This document shows, in pieces, positions 52,556 through 64,000 of a stretch of DNA of 64,000 nucleotides. Under the pieces are notes generated by a model. It did not search any database, was not told where the DNA came from, and saw nothing but the letters and a program-made list of their open reading frames with translations. The position numbers were made by a program, and so were the translations under genes. The DNA is from Octopus vulgaris (lineage: Eukaryota): assembly GCA_951406725.2 (NCBI GenBank), contig OX597836.1, positions 46,996,001 to 47,060,000 on the forward strand. The letters are read 5' to 3'. Position 1 is the stretch's first letter, and each line of letters starts with the position of its first letter.

Positions 52556-53930
52556 TAAATTATTGTATACAGTGCTCAGGTGCACCACAACTTGTCAAGA
52601 GTGCATATAAAGCATATGCAGTAATGTAAAAATGTCTGGAAAGCGAACAGTGTATGAGTCAGATACATGCTTGCGTGTGTATGGAGGGGAGAAAATCAGG
52701 TGTAGTGTTGGCGAATCTCAGGAAGCATGGAAGTTTTGAAGGATGCAGTGCTCCGACAACTCACAACTGATGCCGGCAGTTTGTTCCATGCTTCAGCAAC
52801 TCTTGGAGTGAAAAAATGTTTCCGAAAGTCATGGGAGCTGTGCTGTTTCCTGACTTTGTAAACATGTCCATGGGTGTTAGACAGGTGGAGTTTGAAAAGG
52901 TGCTCAGAGTTATTATCTGTAAGATGGTTAATAATTTTATGGGTGTCTGCCAAGTCGTCTGCTAGGCGTCGGAGTTTCAATGTATCCATGTCCAGGGAAG
53001 TAAGGCGTTCAGAATATGGCAAATGCCTGATGGAGGGTATTCTCTTGGTTGCACGTCGCTGAACGGTTTCCAGACGATTAATAACCTGGGCAAGATAGGG
53101 TTTCCAGACCGGTGATGCAAATTCCGGGTGAGGTCGCACCATAGCTATATAAAGCCTCAGATAGATAGCCGGAGAGCAGCTCACAAAAGATTTGGTGAGT
53201 GATGCCAAGACACCCTCAGCCTTCTTGGCAATTTTAGCAATTTGTTTTGTCCAACGCAAATCACTGTCGACAATAACACCCAGGTCACGTTCACATGAAG
53301 ACTTTTTGAGATTAGTGTTGTGGAGGGAGTAAGTGGACGCTGGGCTTCTCCTCCCCAAATGCATGGTGGTACATTTGTCCACAGCCATCTTGAGTTGCCA
53401 GTCCATGATCCACTGCTGCATTGTGTCCAGTTCTGCTTGCAATAGAGATCTATAGTGTACAGGATCTGACCTCTTTATTTCGAGGTACAGCTTGATGTCA
53501 TCTGCATATTTCAACACTGGGGCATTCTTTAAGATGGCATCTATGTCATTAACATATGCAACAAATAAAAGGAGGCCAAGAACAGATCCCTGTGGTACTC
53601 AGATGTCATCTCATAGGGTTAAGAGTGCTGTCCTAGAACAGTGGCAACCTCTTTTCGGCCGACAATAAAGTACTTCAACCAGTAATGGAGTTCGTCTCTT
53701 ACACCCATTGAAGAGAGTTTCACCATAAGTCTTTTGTGTGGCACAGAAAAGCCTTAGCAAAGTCCAGGTAAACAACATTCACCCAGGATCCGCGATCAGT
53801 GATTCGGGTAATGTCCTGAAGAAACTCGATGAGTTGATTACAGCAGCTGGAGTTAGGAATAAATCCAAATTGTGACGACTGGATGAGGTTGTGAGACTTC
53901 CAGAAGTTCCAGAGGGTTTCTCTGACAGGA
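52490..53930 (-). mobile_element. 5'-truncated CR1-group LINE with an (ATT)n tail
   Basis: VPQGSVLG..YVND, LKYADDIKLY, ERDLGVIVDSDL, LETVQRRATK, RVAEAWNKLP; the tail is seen as (TAA)n at 52490-52555. Confidence 0.93.
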
Positions 53931-54084
53931 TGTTCAGAAAGATATCAATTCAGATAAGTGACTCTGTTTCCGCTCTCCAAAAAGCGTTGTTTTGATTTTG
54001 TCAGACAAACCATTTGGTGGGTGAGGGCGACCACACTTCACAACTCTTCAAACTGAGTGTGGGAATCGTTGCCTCTTTATTGTA

Positions 54085-54677
54085 TTGTCAGGGACGGCAG
54101 ATCTCAAAGGGAGATAATAACAAGACTCAGCTTAGCCTCTGCTGCAAGGACGAAGCTGAACAATATATGGAAAAGTATTTTTATTAGTTTTCCAACAAGA
54201 CTCAGAGTGTACAAGACTCTGGTGACTTCGATCCTTCTGTATGGGTGCGTGGACTCTTACAGCTGACATGAATTGAAAGATCCGGGTATTTAAACACAAG
54301 CGCTTCAGAAGGCTATTACACATCCCGGACACAAAGTACAAAATGAACAGCTTTGTCAGGCGGCAAGTCAACTGGCAGACGAGAACCAACTCCTTACGCT
54401 GGTAAAAAAGAATGGAAGTCTGCTTGGTACGGTCAGGTATCCCGCCGCAACTCCCTGCCCAAAACCATTCTTCAGAGCACAGTCGAGGGAAAGCGAAATA
54501 CAGGCAGACCGAGAAAATCCTGGTTTGACAACATCAACGACTGGACCGGTCACAACACAAAGAGCTTTAAATGCATGCCAGAGAACAAAGACCTGTGGCG
54601 ATGCTGACTTTGAAAGCGTCTCGAGTGGCCCCCACCAATGACTGTCTGCATCCGTAAAGGGATTTTGATGATAATGA
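54085..54677 (+). mobile_element. RTE-clade LINE 3' fragment
   Basis: RLRVYKTLVTSILLYGC..WYGQVSRR..EGKRNTGRPRKSWFDNI; (GAT)-like tail. Confidence 0.85.
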
Positions 54678-55802
54678 TGTACCAAATAAGCAGAGGAATC
54701 AGAGACGGCAAAGTGAAATTTGATGGCAATAAAATGTTGATTACAGAAAGATTCCAATTTAGTTGTAAGACATCCACAGAAAAAGAAGACACAAATAAAT
54801 AAAAGAAAAAGGTATCACTGAAAGCCTTCAGGAAGTCTGCAATTTTGCAGGGATCATAAAAATTTAACAATAGGGGACTGACTTGAAATCATATTCAATC
54901 CATGCAAAAGGTACTGCACTTATTTCCTGGCAAATAAATAAAGCTCTAATCTCTATCATCAATGGAAGGTATTAATATTGGTTTCAAGTTTTGACACTAG
55001 GCCAGCAATGCCAGAGGGCAAGCTAAGTCGATTACATCGACTCCAATGTTCAACTGGTATTTTTTTTTATCGACCACGAAAGGATGAAAGGCAGTCGGCT
55101 CCGGCGAAATTTGAATTCAGAATGTAAAGGCGGACGAAATGCCGTTACACATTTCGTCCGGCGTGCTAACGCTTCTGCCAACTCGCCGTCTTTATAGAAG
55201 GCATTAATTTTCCGACAGTGAATGTGTGATATTAATGTTTTTCGTAATTGTATTAACGAAATCTATAAAGGGAAGTTCCATCAACATAGTATTGAAACCG
55301 CACCGTGTTGGTTTGACTCGCTGAGACAGAACAACATTCATTAGTATCCAAAAAGATATCTGTTTTCTGAACAAGGCATGAAACATTTGTTGAAAAAGTG
55401 TATTATATATCCAAACAGCCGCAGTAGATCACTGGTATTTGTTTTATCAACTATGAAGAAATAAAAAGGGAAGGAGATATCTTTTGTGTTCGAACTCCAA
55501 ACGGGTTGGTACCAAACCATATTTTACAAAACATCTAGCTTAGTGCGTTACTATCTCCACATATGCCTTAGAATAGTTAATGAAGAAAATGATATAAATT
55601 AATAATTATATTAACGATTTATCCGAATTTCATTTCTAATCTTCATACACAGAACGATCAAGAGGATTTCCTTGGTGAGACCGTCTTAGTATTTTGTTAG
55701 TTGTTATTTATAAATGTAAAGGTAGGTGGTTTCACTCATATACCACCTGTGACCAGTCTTATTGCCAAGTAAAGACTATAATCATTGCGGAGTACTAATA
55801 TA

Positions 55803-56372
55803 TTGGGTTGTCCGGAAAGTTCGTGCCGATTTTTAAAGGAAAGAAAAAGGTCAATAAATACTTGCCATTATATTTTTAATCAACCAAATATGAACCATTT
55901 TGTTGCACAATGCGTCTCCATCTTCCCTTTAACTTGAAAATACCCTCTTCCCAGAAGTGAGGTGGTTTCATGGCAAAGAATTCATCAACGTATCTTTTTA
56001 TGTCATCCAAGGAATTGAAATTTTTACCATTAAGACTATTCCGCAGAGACCTGAATAAGTGGAAATCCGAAGGAGCAATATCTGGTGAATATGGAGGGTG
56101 GGGTAACACATCCCAGCCGAGCTGCAGCAATTAATTTTTGTCTGGTTCCCGAAGCATCAAGTACCGAAAATGAACTTTCTTATCTTCCATTTTAAAGGGT
56201 TACAGAATTAACACAGGTTATAGGAACATAAACCTTCTTCCACGAAAAGATAGCTTAAACTGTGCTCTAAATGGAGGTGTAGTCAAATCCTATTTTATAG
56301 ACTCAACCATGTTCTAAAATAAGTCGAAAGGTAAGCTACTATAAATCGGCATGAACCTTCTGGACAACCCAA
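55803..56372 (-). mobile_element. Internally deleted mariner (DD34D-type)
   Basis: TIRs ttgggttgtccggaaagttcgtgccgattt with TA TSD; ORF 55876-56130 WDVLPHPPYSPDIAPSDFHLFRSL. Confidence 0.95.
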
Positions 56373-56825
56373 TAGTTAAGTAAAAACATTAAAAGTATGG
56401 TGGTAATGGAAAAGAAGATGGTCCCATTGAAAGATTGACTAACAGACGATGATAATGGTGATAATAACTAAATTCCCTGATGTAACCCTATTTCTACTCT
56501 TTTTTTACAATATGTACGAGATCATTTGCGTAATTTACCAACATAAGAAGCAAATTTTGCCCAGCATTTGCCGACAAATTCTCATACATTTACAACAAGC
56601 GACACAACTAACATCATTGGAATATACCAACCTGCAGCAGCTAACTCAAACTCAATTTGAGAAATGAGCAATTTGGCTGGCAGCAGCATGAATGGCCAGC
56701 GCAGGGACTCTAACTGCTTATCCTGTATAACATGGATATGCAGTCATTCAGGGATCTTGCTCAAGAAAACCTGGACTGAGGCATATTAACTTCCTTATAG
56801 TTGTGTAAGTGAAGCAAATTATATT

Positions 56826-57260
56826 TCATCATCATTGTTCGACCGTGGTTGAGACAATGGAATTTACCATGCTACGCCAGACTTCACGGTCCATCATAGC
56901 ATTACAGAGGTTCTGTTGCTGGATGCCTGTATCCCTGGAGATTACATCAGGGTAGGAGAGTGTGCGCCCTCTGGTATCGCGAGTAGATGGCTTCCAGAGG
57001 GGAAGAGTAGAAATTATCTCGTTTCCAGCTCTACAACAATGTCCGGCAAACTGGACTCTCCTACCTTTCACAAGAAATGACACAGGTGATAGTTTCCCAT
57101 ATATTTGCATTTTGGTTGGATGACGCTTCCACAAGAGATTTTGAGCTCTCATAAGGAGGCAAGTGTAGGTTTCATCCAACCACCTCTCAAGCTTTTTTGA
57201 TAACGTCCAGGTTTCTGAGCCATATAGTAGAATTGGTTCGACTGTGGCTTTGAAGATATT
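56826..57260 (-). mobile_element. RTE-like LINE 3' fragment
   Basis: FKATVEPILLYGSETWTL..RRVQFAGHCCR..MMDREVWR. Confidence 0.85.
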
Positions 57261-59336
57261 TTTTGAAGATTTGAAGATTTTAAGATTTTAAGATTAATTG
57301 AAGATTAATTATATTTAATCGTGTGCTGAAACCGTAGGACAACCTCGATTCAACGGAAATATTTTAGTTTTTCGAGAATTGTTGACTTTTTATAAGAAAA
57401 CAATTGATAACAATGTGGAGTTGTGCTGAATGAATATTTCGACTTTTAATTAAATATTTCAAATGTTTGTCCCTGAGAAGATCACTTCTGTTAAAATCAA
57501 AAGTAAAAATTGGAGCTGTCGCAATATTTATTTTTATTCTGCAGACAAAGTATCGATGACGGAAATATCGATGACAAGGAACAATCGGACTCTGGCCTCG
57601 ACTTTAGAATACTAACAGTTTCAGTTAGATTTTGTGGTATTTGCTCCAATGTTGAAGATATAAAATTGAGAAATATATATTGAAAGTGAACAATTAGGAG
57701 TGGCTGTGTGGTAAGTAGCTTGCTTACCAACCACATGGTTCCGGGTTCAGTCCCACTGCGTGCCAACTTGGGCAAGTCTCTTCTACTATAGCCTCGGGCC
57801 GACCAAAGCCTTGTGAGTGTGAAAGAAGCCCGTCGTATATATATATATATGTATACATATATATGTGTGTGTGTGTTTGTGTGTCTGTGTTTGTCCCCCA
57901 CCCCAACATCGCTTGACAACCGATGCTGGTGTGTTTACATCCCCGTCACAAAAGAGACGGATAGAATAAGTACTAGGCTTACAAAGAAAAGGCCTGGGGT
58001 CGATTTGCTCGACTAAAGGCGGTGTTCCAGCATGGCCACAGTTAAATGACTGAAACAAGTAAAAGAGTAATTAGTAATTAAGTATAAAAAATTAAAATAA
58101 AAAAGAATTTCAGAAATCGAAAAAGACTCATAAGTACAGTGTTGAGAAACAGAAGGATGTGGAAGAGAGATCAATGAACAACTGGATGAGACGCTAGTCA
58201 GGATCCTGTGGATTTAACTCAATCTACTTATTGTTATGAAATAGCTTAAATGATAAACAAAGAAAAGTTTTCACTCCGAACACATCATGCAGACGAGTGT
58301 ACCGTGGAAGTCTGGCATTGCATTGTCGATGCCTAATGGAGTTGAAATGCCTGGTTCAGACAATTTCAAGAGATCTAAACATTGCAGAGAACTAACAGAA
58401 TCAGTGACCAATAACAGTGTATTAAATACTAAAACTTGTAGAAGCTCCAATCGAGAATTTTAATATGTTCTCTGATCGGGACTGTTTCTGCTCTAACTTT
58501 TCGAATATCTTCCTGTCTTTAACACTATCCTCTTTTTCTAAGCGTCAATGATGCTTCGTGTTAAAGTGTATTTTTACATTTCAAGTTATACTCGCAAATA
58601 GCTCTTTTAAAAAATATAAATTTTATTAGTTTTACCAACAACTCCTTATGGTTCGCTGGAGTAAACTTTGAAAATTTCGCCCACTTCCTTTTCGTGCTAA
58701 AATATATCTTTTTATAAGCAGTTAGTTAATGCCATTTTGATTGGATTCAAAAAATAACTGGAAGAAAAAAAGGAACTAAAATCCTTCACCTGTCATATCG
58801 TGTTCGCCTGCACGAGTGATCAATGATGAGTAACTAATCCGTTAATTTGTAGGCGACTTTTAATGAATGTGTTGTGATACGATGTACTGTATCAGTGGAT
58901 ATCACAGAAAAAATATAAAAATTTCAGACTAATATATTAAATTTGCGAAATTTTTTGTCAAATCTAATAACGTGTTATATAGCACGGAAATTTGTTTCAA
59001 AGTCCATCACGTGTACCATACACACGTCTTTCCTGTGCTAAATACTCTGTTAAAAAAATACAGTACTGTCACGGTTGGATTGCTTTTGATGGGATACTCT
59101 CCGTTGCACTCGACCTGTTAGATATACCAGCCAAATCTCTCTCAAATCACAGTCAATGTTAAAATGGATACTGTGTTCAATGTGATCTTCAATTGCCTGC
59201 ATTTAAGAAAAAACGGGATGGTCACGGCTAGAATGCCTCTGATACTTAACTTCAATTTTCTCAACAGTATCAACACTCCACCACTATAAATTACACAGTA
59301 CCACAACATATAAGACTCTATGACATTACACTAGAC

Positions 59337-59555
59337 CAGTGGTTTTCAACCAGGGTTCCGCGGAACCTTAGGGTTCCGCCAGTACAGTCCAGGGGTTCCG
59401 CAAGAAGTTACAAAACTGCTAAAATCGGCAGTAATTTTTAATTCTCCTGTGCAGATATGTGTGCATAAGACTATTAAATTATTGCACAGGGGTTCCTCGA
59501 GCCAGTGGAATGTTTCCTTGGGGTTCCGCTCCAGCAAAAAGTTTGAAAAACACTG
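59337..59555. mobile_element. hAT MITE with 8-bp TSD
   Basis: TIRs cagtggttttcaa / ttgaaaaacactg; TSD cactagac on both sides; subterminal gggttcc repeats. Confidence 0.92.
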
Positions 59556-60165
59556 CACTAGACCATACCATACAATACTAGGCAATACAACACCACAAAA
59601 TAGTTACTAAAACATTATATCAAACAGCACCACGTTACACAATACTACCCCACCCGAGCAAAACCGCACAACACCTCACTACTAGGCGCCATACCACTTT
59701 GCTCACGCAATATATTTTCATTGAACCAAACCATATTCTCTACACCACAACAAAGTACATTCCACTACACCAATCTTTATCGGTTTCAAATCTTGGCACA
59801 AGGCCAGCCATTTCGCAAGGCGGAGTAAGTCGATTAAATCGACTCCAGCGTTCAACTGGTACTTATTTTGTGAACTCGGAAAATATGAAAGGCAAAGTCT
59901 ACTCTGACGGAGTTTGAACTCAAAATTGGAAGTTGGACGAAATATCGCTAAGCATACAAACAGTCGAGGAAAAAACCTGATAAGAGCCTGGGGCGTGCAT
60001 AGGCTGGAACGTTGTCGGATAGGAATCTCTCGAGAGGCAGGTTATGAAACACACTGAGGATGGACTAAAAGCAGTTAATGGTTCAAAGCTACCAGGCAAG
60101 TATAAAATATAGTGTCTCTAGTTTGGTTTATATTCGCGCCTACGTGGCCACCATTAATATACGAG

Positions 60166-60552
60166 TGTGGAAGCGCAATGGCCCAGTGGATAGGGCAGCG
60201 GACTCGCGGTCATAGGATCGCGGTTTCGATTCCCAGACCGGGCGTTGTGAGTGTTTATTGAGCGAAAACACCTAAAAGCTCCACGAGGCTCCGGCAGGGG
60301 ATGGTGGTGATCCCTACTGTACTCTTTCATCACAAATTTCTCTCACTCTTACTTCCTGTTTCTGTTGTACCTGTATTTCAAGGGGCCGGCCTTGTCACTC
60401 TCTGTGTCACGCTGAATATCCCCGAGAACTACGTTAAGGGTGCACGTGTCTGTGGAGTGCTCAGCCACTTACACGTTAATTTCACGAGCAGGCTGTTCCG
60501 TTGATTCGGATCAACCAGAACCCTCATCGTCGTAACCGACGGAGTGCTTCCA
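60166..60552 (+). mobile_element. Full-length OR1-like SINE with 11-bp TSD
   Basis: TSD taatatacgag at 60155-60165 and 60553-60563. Confidence 0.92.
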
Positions 60553-60564
60553 TAATATACGAGA

Positions 60565-61800
60565 AGATACTGTGACGGGTTGAAATCATTGAGAAAAAGT
60601 GCAATGTGTTCATAAGGAAATGGCTAAGTTTATCTTGTATGATGAACAGCTAAGCTCTTTATAGCAAAAAGGGGCTCATTGCAATTAGCCCTGACGTCAG
60701 TAGTCGAAACTTATAAAGTAAGATACGTACGAACAGGAAGTTGAAGGATACAGAAATAAGGGGTTAGCCACCAGATGTAAAAACAGCTAAGAGGTGGAGA
60801 GCAGCAGAAGCAGAAACTGATGAAACCTTGTCTTCACTTAAACACTGAGGCACGGAAAGGATTTGGGTTTGGCCTCAGATCGGTTCTGACTGTTTTCAAG
60901 TATGATTCACAGCAAATAGATATTTCTTGTTAGCAATAGTATCGATGCAAGGGAAGCAGAGAGAAGAGAGCTTCATTTGATTCAAGGCTCTCACGTATGA
61001 CTGATGACAAGATGGGAGGGGCACGTAGCTGAGATAAAGATAAGCTGGAATGGAATGTGTGAGTGGAGGATATCACGACTGAGTACTTTTATTCCTTTAT
61101 CTTACGATACCCTGCCGTCCCCTACAAATCTGGCGATTTGAAATGACAAATGTAGATGCAGGGAAGGTAGTAACACTGAAACATATTCCTTCCAACCGTT
61201 CAGAGGCGTTGGATAGATATGCCTGGCGCCACAATTTGGTCCTTAAGATATTCTTCAATGCTCAAAGAACCGAACTGTTCTGGGCAACAGTGGCAAGAAA
61301 TCACAGAAGAAACCAAACCGAGATTTCATTGCCTTCGTGCGTCCAGGACAGCAGATTCGTTTGAAGGAATGATGAAAGTGGAACGGTTATTGGGACGCGG
61401 CAGCAGATTTACCAGAGTGCAAAGGATTCTGCTCTATTCCAATTGCGAAGAAACCAGATATTATGACATAGTATGAGGAAAAGAAAGAAGTAAATACGGT
61501 CGAGTTAACGGTTCCTTTTAACGATGATATGGACGCCGCTCGAACGCGAAAGATCGACCGTTGTGAACATCACGAAGATCCGAAGATGCATGCTGGGATG
61601 CAAAACATTATCCAATTCAACGGATGCAGAGGATTCATTGTAAATAGTATGAGGCGATGGTTGTGTCCACTTGACCTAAATCTCAATGTGAAGGAAGCAC
61701 CATAATTATTGCTATTCAAGCTACAGTGTAGAAGGCAAACCACTGGAACTGATTGAAAAGAGACAATGACCCATTGGTCATAGGAGAATATTAAGTGAAG
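60565..61800 (+). mobile_element. Decayed RLE-type non-LTR element (HERO/NeSL-like)
   Basis: Remnants FIRKWLSL, LTSVVETYK, YDTLPSP, RYAWRHNLVL, KPD..VELTVPF, GCRGF across frames. Confidence 0.75.
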
Positions 61801-62115
61801 TCTAGTAACCAGTTGATCTAGCAAACGGGGCTTCATCTCGGTGAGGAAGGGGATGGTGCCAATAACGCCGGCGAGAGGAAGACCTCGAGACGGCACGCAA
61901 TTCTTCTCTCCTATTGATCCCATAATCCTGCGAGTGACCAGTTTTTGGTGCTTTCAATTGGTAACACTTGTATCTGCAAGTTGTTTGCAAATAAATATAT
62001 TATTATTCGTGTTTTTGTTGTTTAATTCTAGCTCTTTCCTAACTCAGATGTTATGAGAAAGAGGCCATTACTATATTGCTTCTTGTTGATTTTTCAACAA
62101 GTGTGTACTTCGCAT

Positions 62116-62346
62116 CAGGGCCGGCGCTAGGAAGTGCGGGGACCCAATTAGAGAATTGTCAAGGGGGCCCCTCAACTCTACAATCGCTGAAGATTGATGT
62201 TTTATGCTTCGTGTAGTGTGCCAGTCCCAGTGAAAAAGCGCTGGGTGCTTGAGATTGCAATATTAGCTACAATCACAGAGTTCTCCCATCGAGCGTGTGC
62301 GCGGGACCTTCTCTTGGCGCGAAACCCAATTTGAACGACCGACCCT
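62116..62346. mobile_element. Possible diverged hAT-like MITE
   Basis: cagggccggcg.. / ..cgaccgaccct imperfect termini; internal gg(g/a)ccc motifs. Confidence 0.4.
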
Positions 62347-62999
62347 CTCCCGAATTACAGTATTCAATGTTATCCTTTTAAAGACCTTTCTAAGATGTGG
62401 TTTCGAGTGGGATTTTGCTATTTACTGCTGGCCGAATGGACATTTAGAGGCTCTTTCATTTTTATAAAGTGACACACTCCACTCGTCGTAACAAGTGGGT
62501 TACATGTGAAATAGAAGATTGTTTAATTGATTTGAAGCGTTGAATTACGAGTTATTTCCTGCTAATAAACACAATCTGATTTAACGCCATCTTAGAGATT
62601 GGTGGCATCAATGGAAGTTAGTTCGCCTAATTTACGAAATTTAAGTACAACGTCATTGATCGCCTCTGCAAGCCCCAATGACTTACTTGACCAGCAATAG
62701 CTTCTGTGGTCGTTGTAATACACTGAACATCACCACTTCAACATCCTTTAAATAATGATGACAAAAGATAAGGAGGAGTTCATTGAAGACCGAACAAACC
62801 ATTTTATCTCAAGATTTCGTTTGAGTAGGCTAATAATAGACGGTGCGCGCACGTCATAGCGTGAATGGAATATGGTAATCTTCGTATGTCTAACAGTCCC
62901 TAAAAGCGAAATGATACACACACGCATACATGCACATACACACACACACACATCCACACACACACATAAGTATAGAGACAGACAGACAGAAAAGTAGAT

Positions 63000-63357
<358 letters not shown>

Positions 63358-63665
63358 GTTTCTTTATTAGCCACACAGGGCTGCACACAGACGGGACAGA
63401 TTACAAAGTAGAGCCTTTCTTTATGGGGAGAAAAGAAAAAACAAAGTAGGGTAGGTTTTCGATCAAAAGGGATCGTAAAAGGAAAAGAAAGAAAAAGGAA
63501 AGAAAAGAAAAAAAAGAAATAGAAAAAAATGATCAATAGGGATCGTGTATCACAGAAATGTCATGATGTAAAGTGTAAAGGGGGAAGCAGATAGGGTTAA
63601 TCCGTGGAAAGAAAAGCCTACGGAGAAGACCACGGTAACCTCGGTCAATAATGTCACATGTTAAC
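63358..63665 (-). mobile_element. Probable 3' UTR of an L1/Tx1-like element abutting the microsatellite
   Basis: RC end tgtcccgtctgtgtgcagccctgtgtggctAATAAAga resembles the 3' end at 27060-27100. Confidence 0.5.
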
Positions 63666-63679
63666 AAAATTGTTTGCAA

Positions 63680-64000
63680 GTAGGTAACCCTCGCTACCAA
63701 ATGCAGATTGGTGAATGCAATTATCTTCCCAATAGCAACATATGGATGCAAGACCTGGACACAAAAGAAATCTGACCAGAAGAGAATTAATGCATTCGAG
63801 CTTTGGTGTTGGAGAAGACTTTTATGGATTCCATGGACAGCGAGGCTCACCATTGGAGAAGTTCTTAAGCAGATAAGGCCGAAAATGTCGCTAGAAGCTA
63901 GGATCACCAAGCATAGATTGGCATATTTTGGTCATATTATGAGGAGAAAATCCCTGGAGAAGGACATCATGCTCGGAATGGTCAGTGGCAAGAGAGGAAG
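63680..64000 (+). mobile_element. RTE-BovB-like LINE fragment running off the window
   Basis: TKCRLVNAIIFPIATYGCKTWT..RINAFELWCWRRLLWIPWTAR..LAYFGHIMRR..EKDIMLG. Confidence 0.92.

Noticed and set aside
60166-60245. tRNA genes (also 15714-15790 and other SINE heads)
   Set aside because: A/B-box heads continue into SINE bodies, some with TSDs; they are tRNA-derived SINEs, not tRNAs.

Overview
Repeat-dense, AT-rich animal genomic DNA, most likely Octopus. This is inferred from OR1-like tRNA-SINEs and very long (TA)n/(CA)n/(TATG)n/(GATA)n tracts. Most long ORFs in the supplied track are microsatellite artefacts. The real content is: (i) many decayed TEs (RTE, CR1, R4/Dong, RLE-type and L1/Tx1 LINEs, three SINE families, a Gypsy LTR+gag, mariner/Tc1, hAT, Merlin-like and Helitron-like elements); (ii) a few probable minus-strand exons of an unidentified host gene, the best being 25528-25725; (iii) the standout feature, a community of Penelope-like elements (PLEs) with Naiad-clade signatures. 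These include a ~6.15-kb spacer-less fold-back palindrome of an RT/GIY-YIG element (32301-38454), a second PLE family (30478-31935), and about 15 type I hammerhead ribozyme motifs from about 8 sequence families. Most of these hammerheads lie in short cassettes embedded in (TA)n, often as head-to-head inverted pairs in which only one arm keeps a 57-70 nt 3' tail. One family carries a covaried G3:C8 catalytic core. All folds, alignments and translations were done by eye, and TE boundaries without TSDs or TIRs are approximate.
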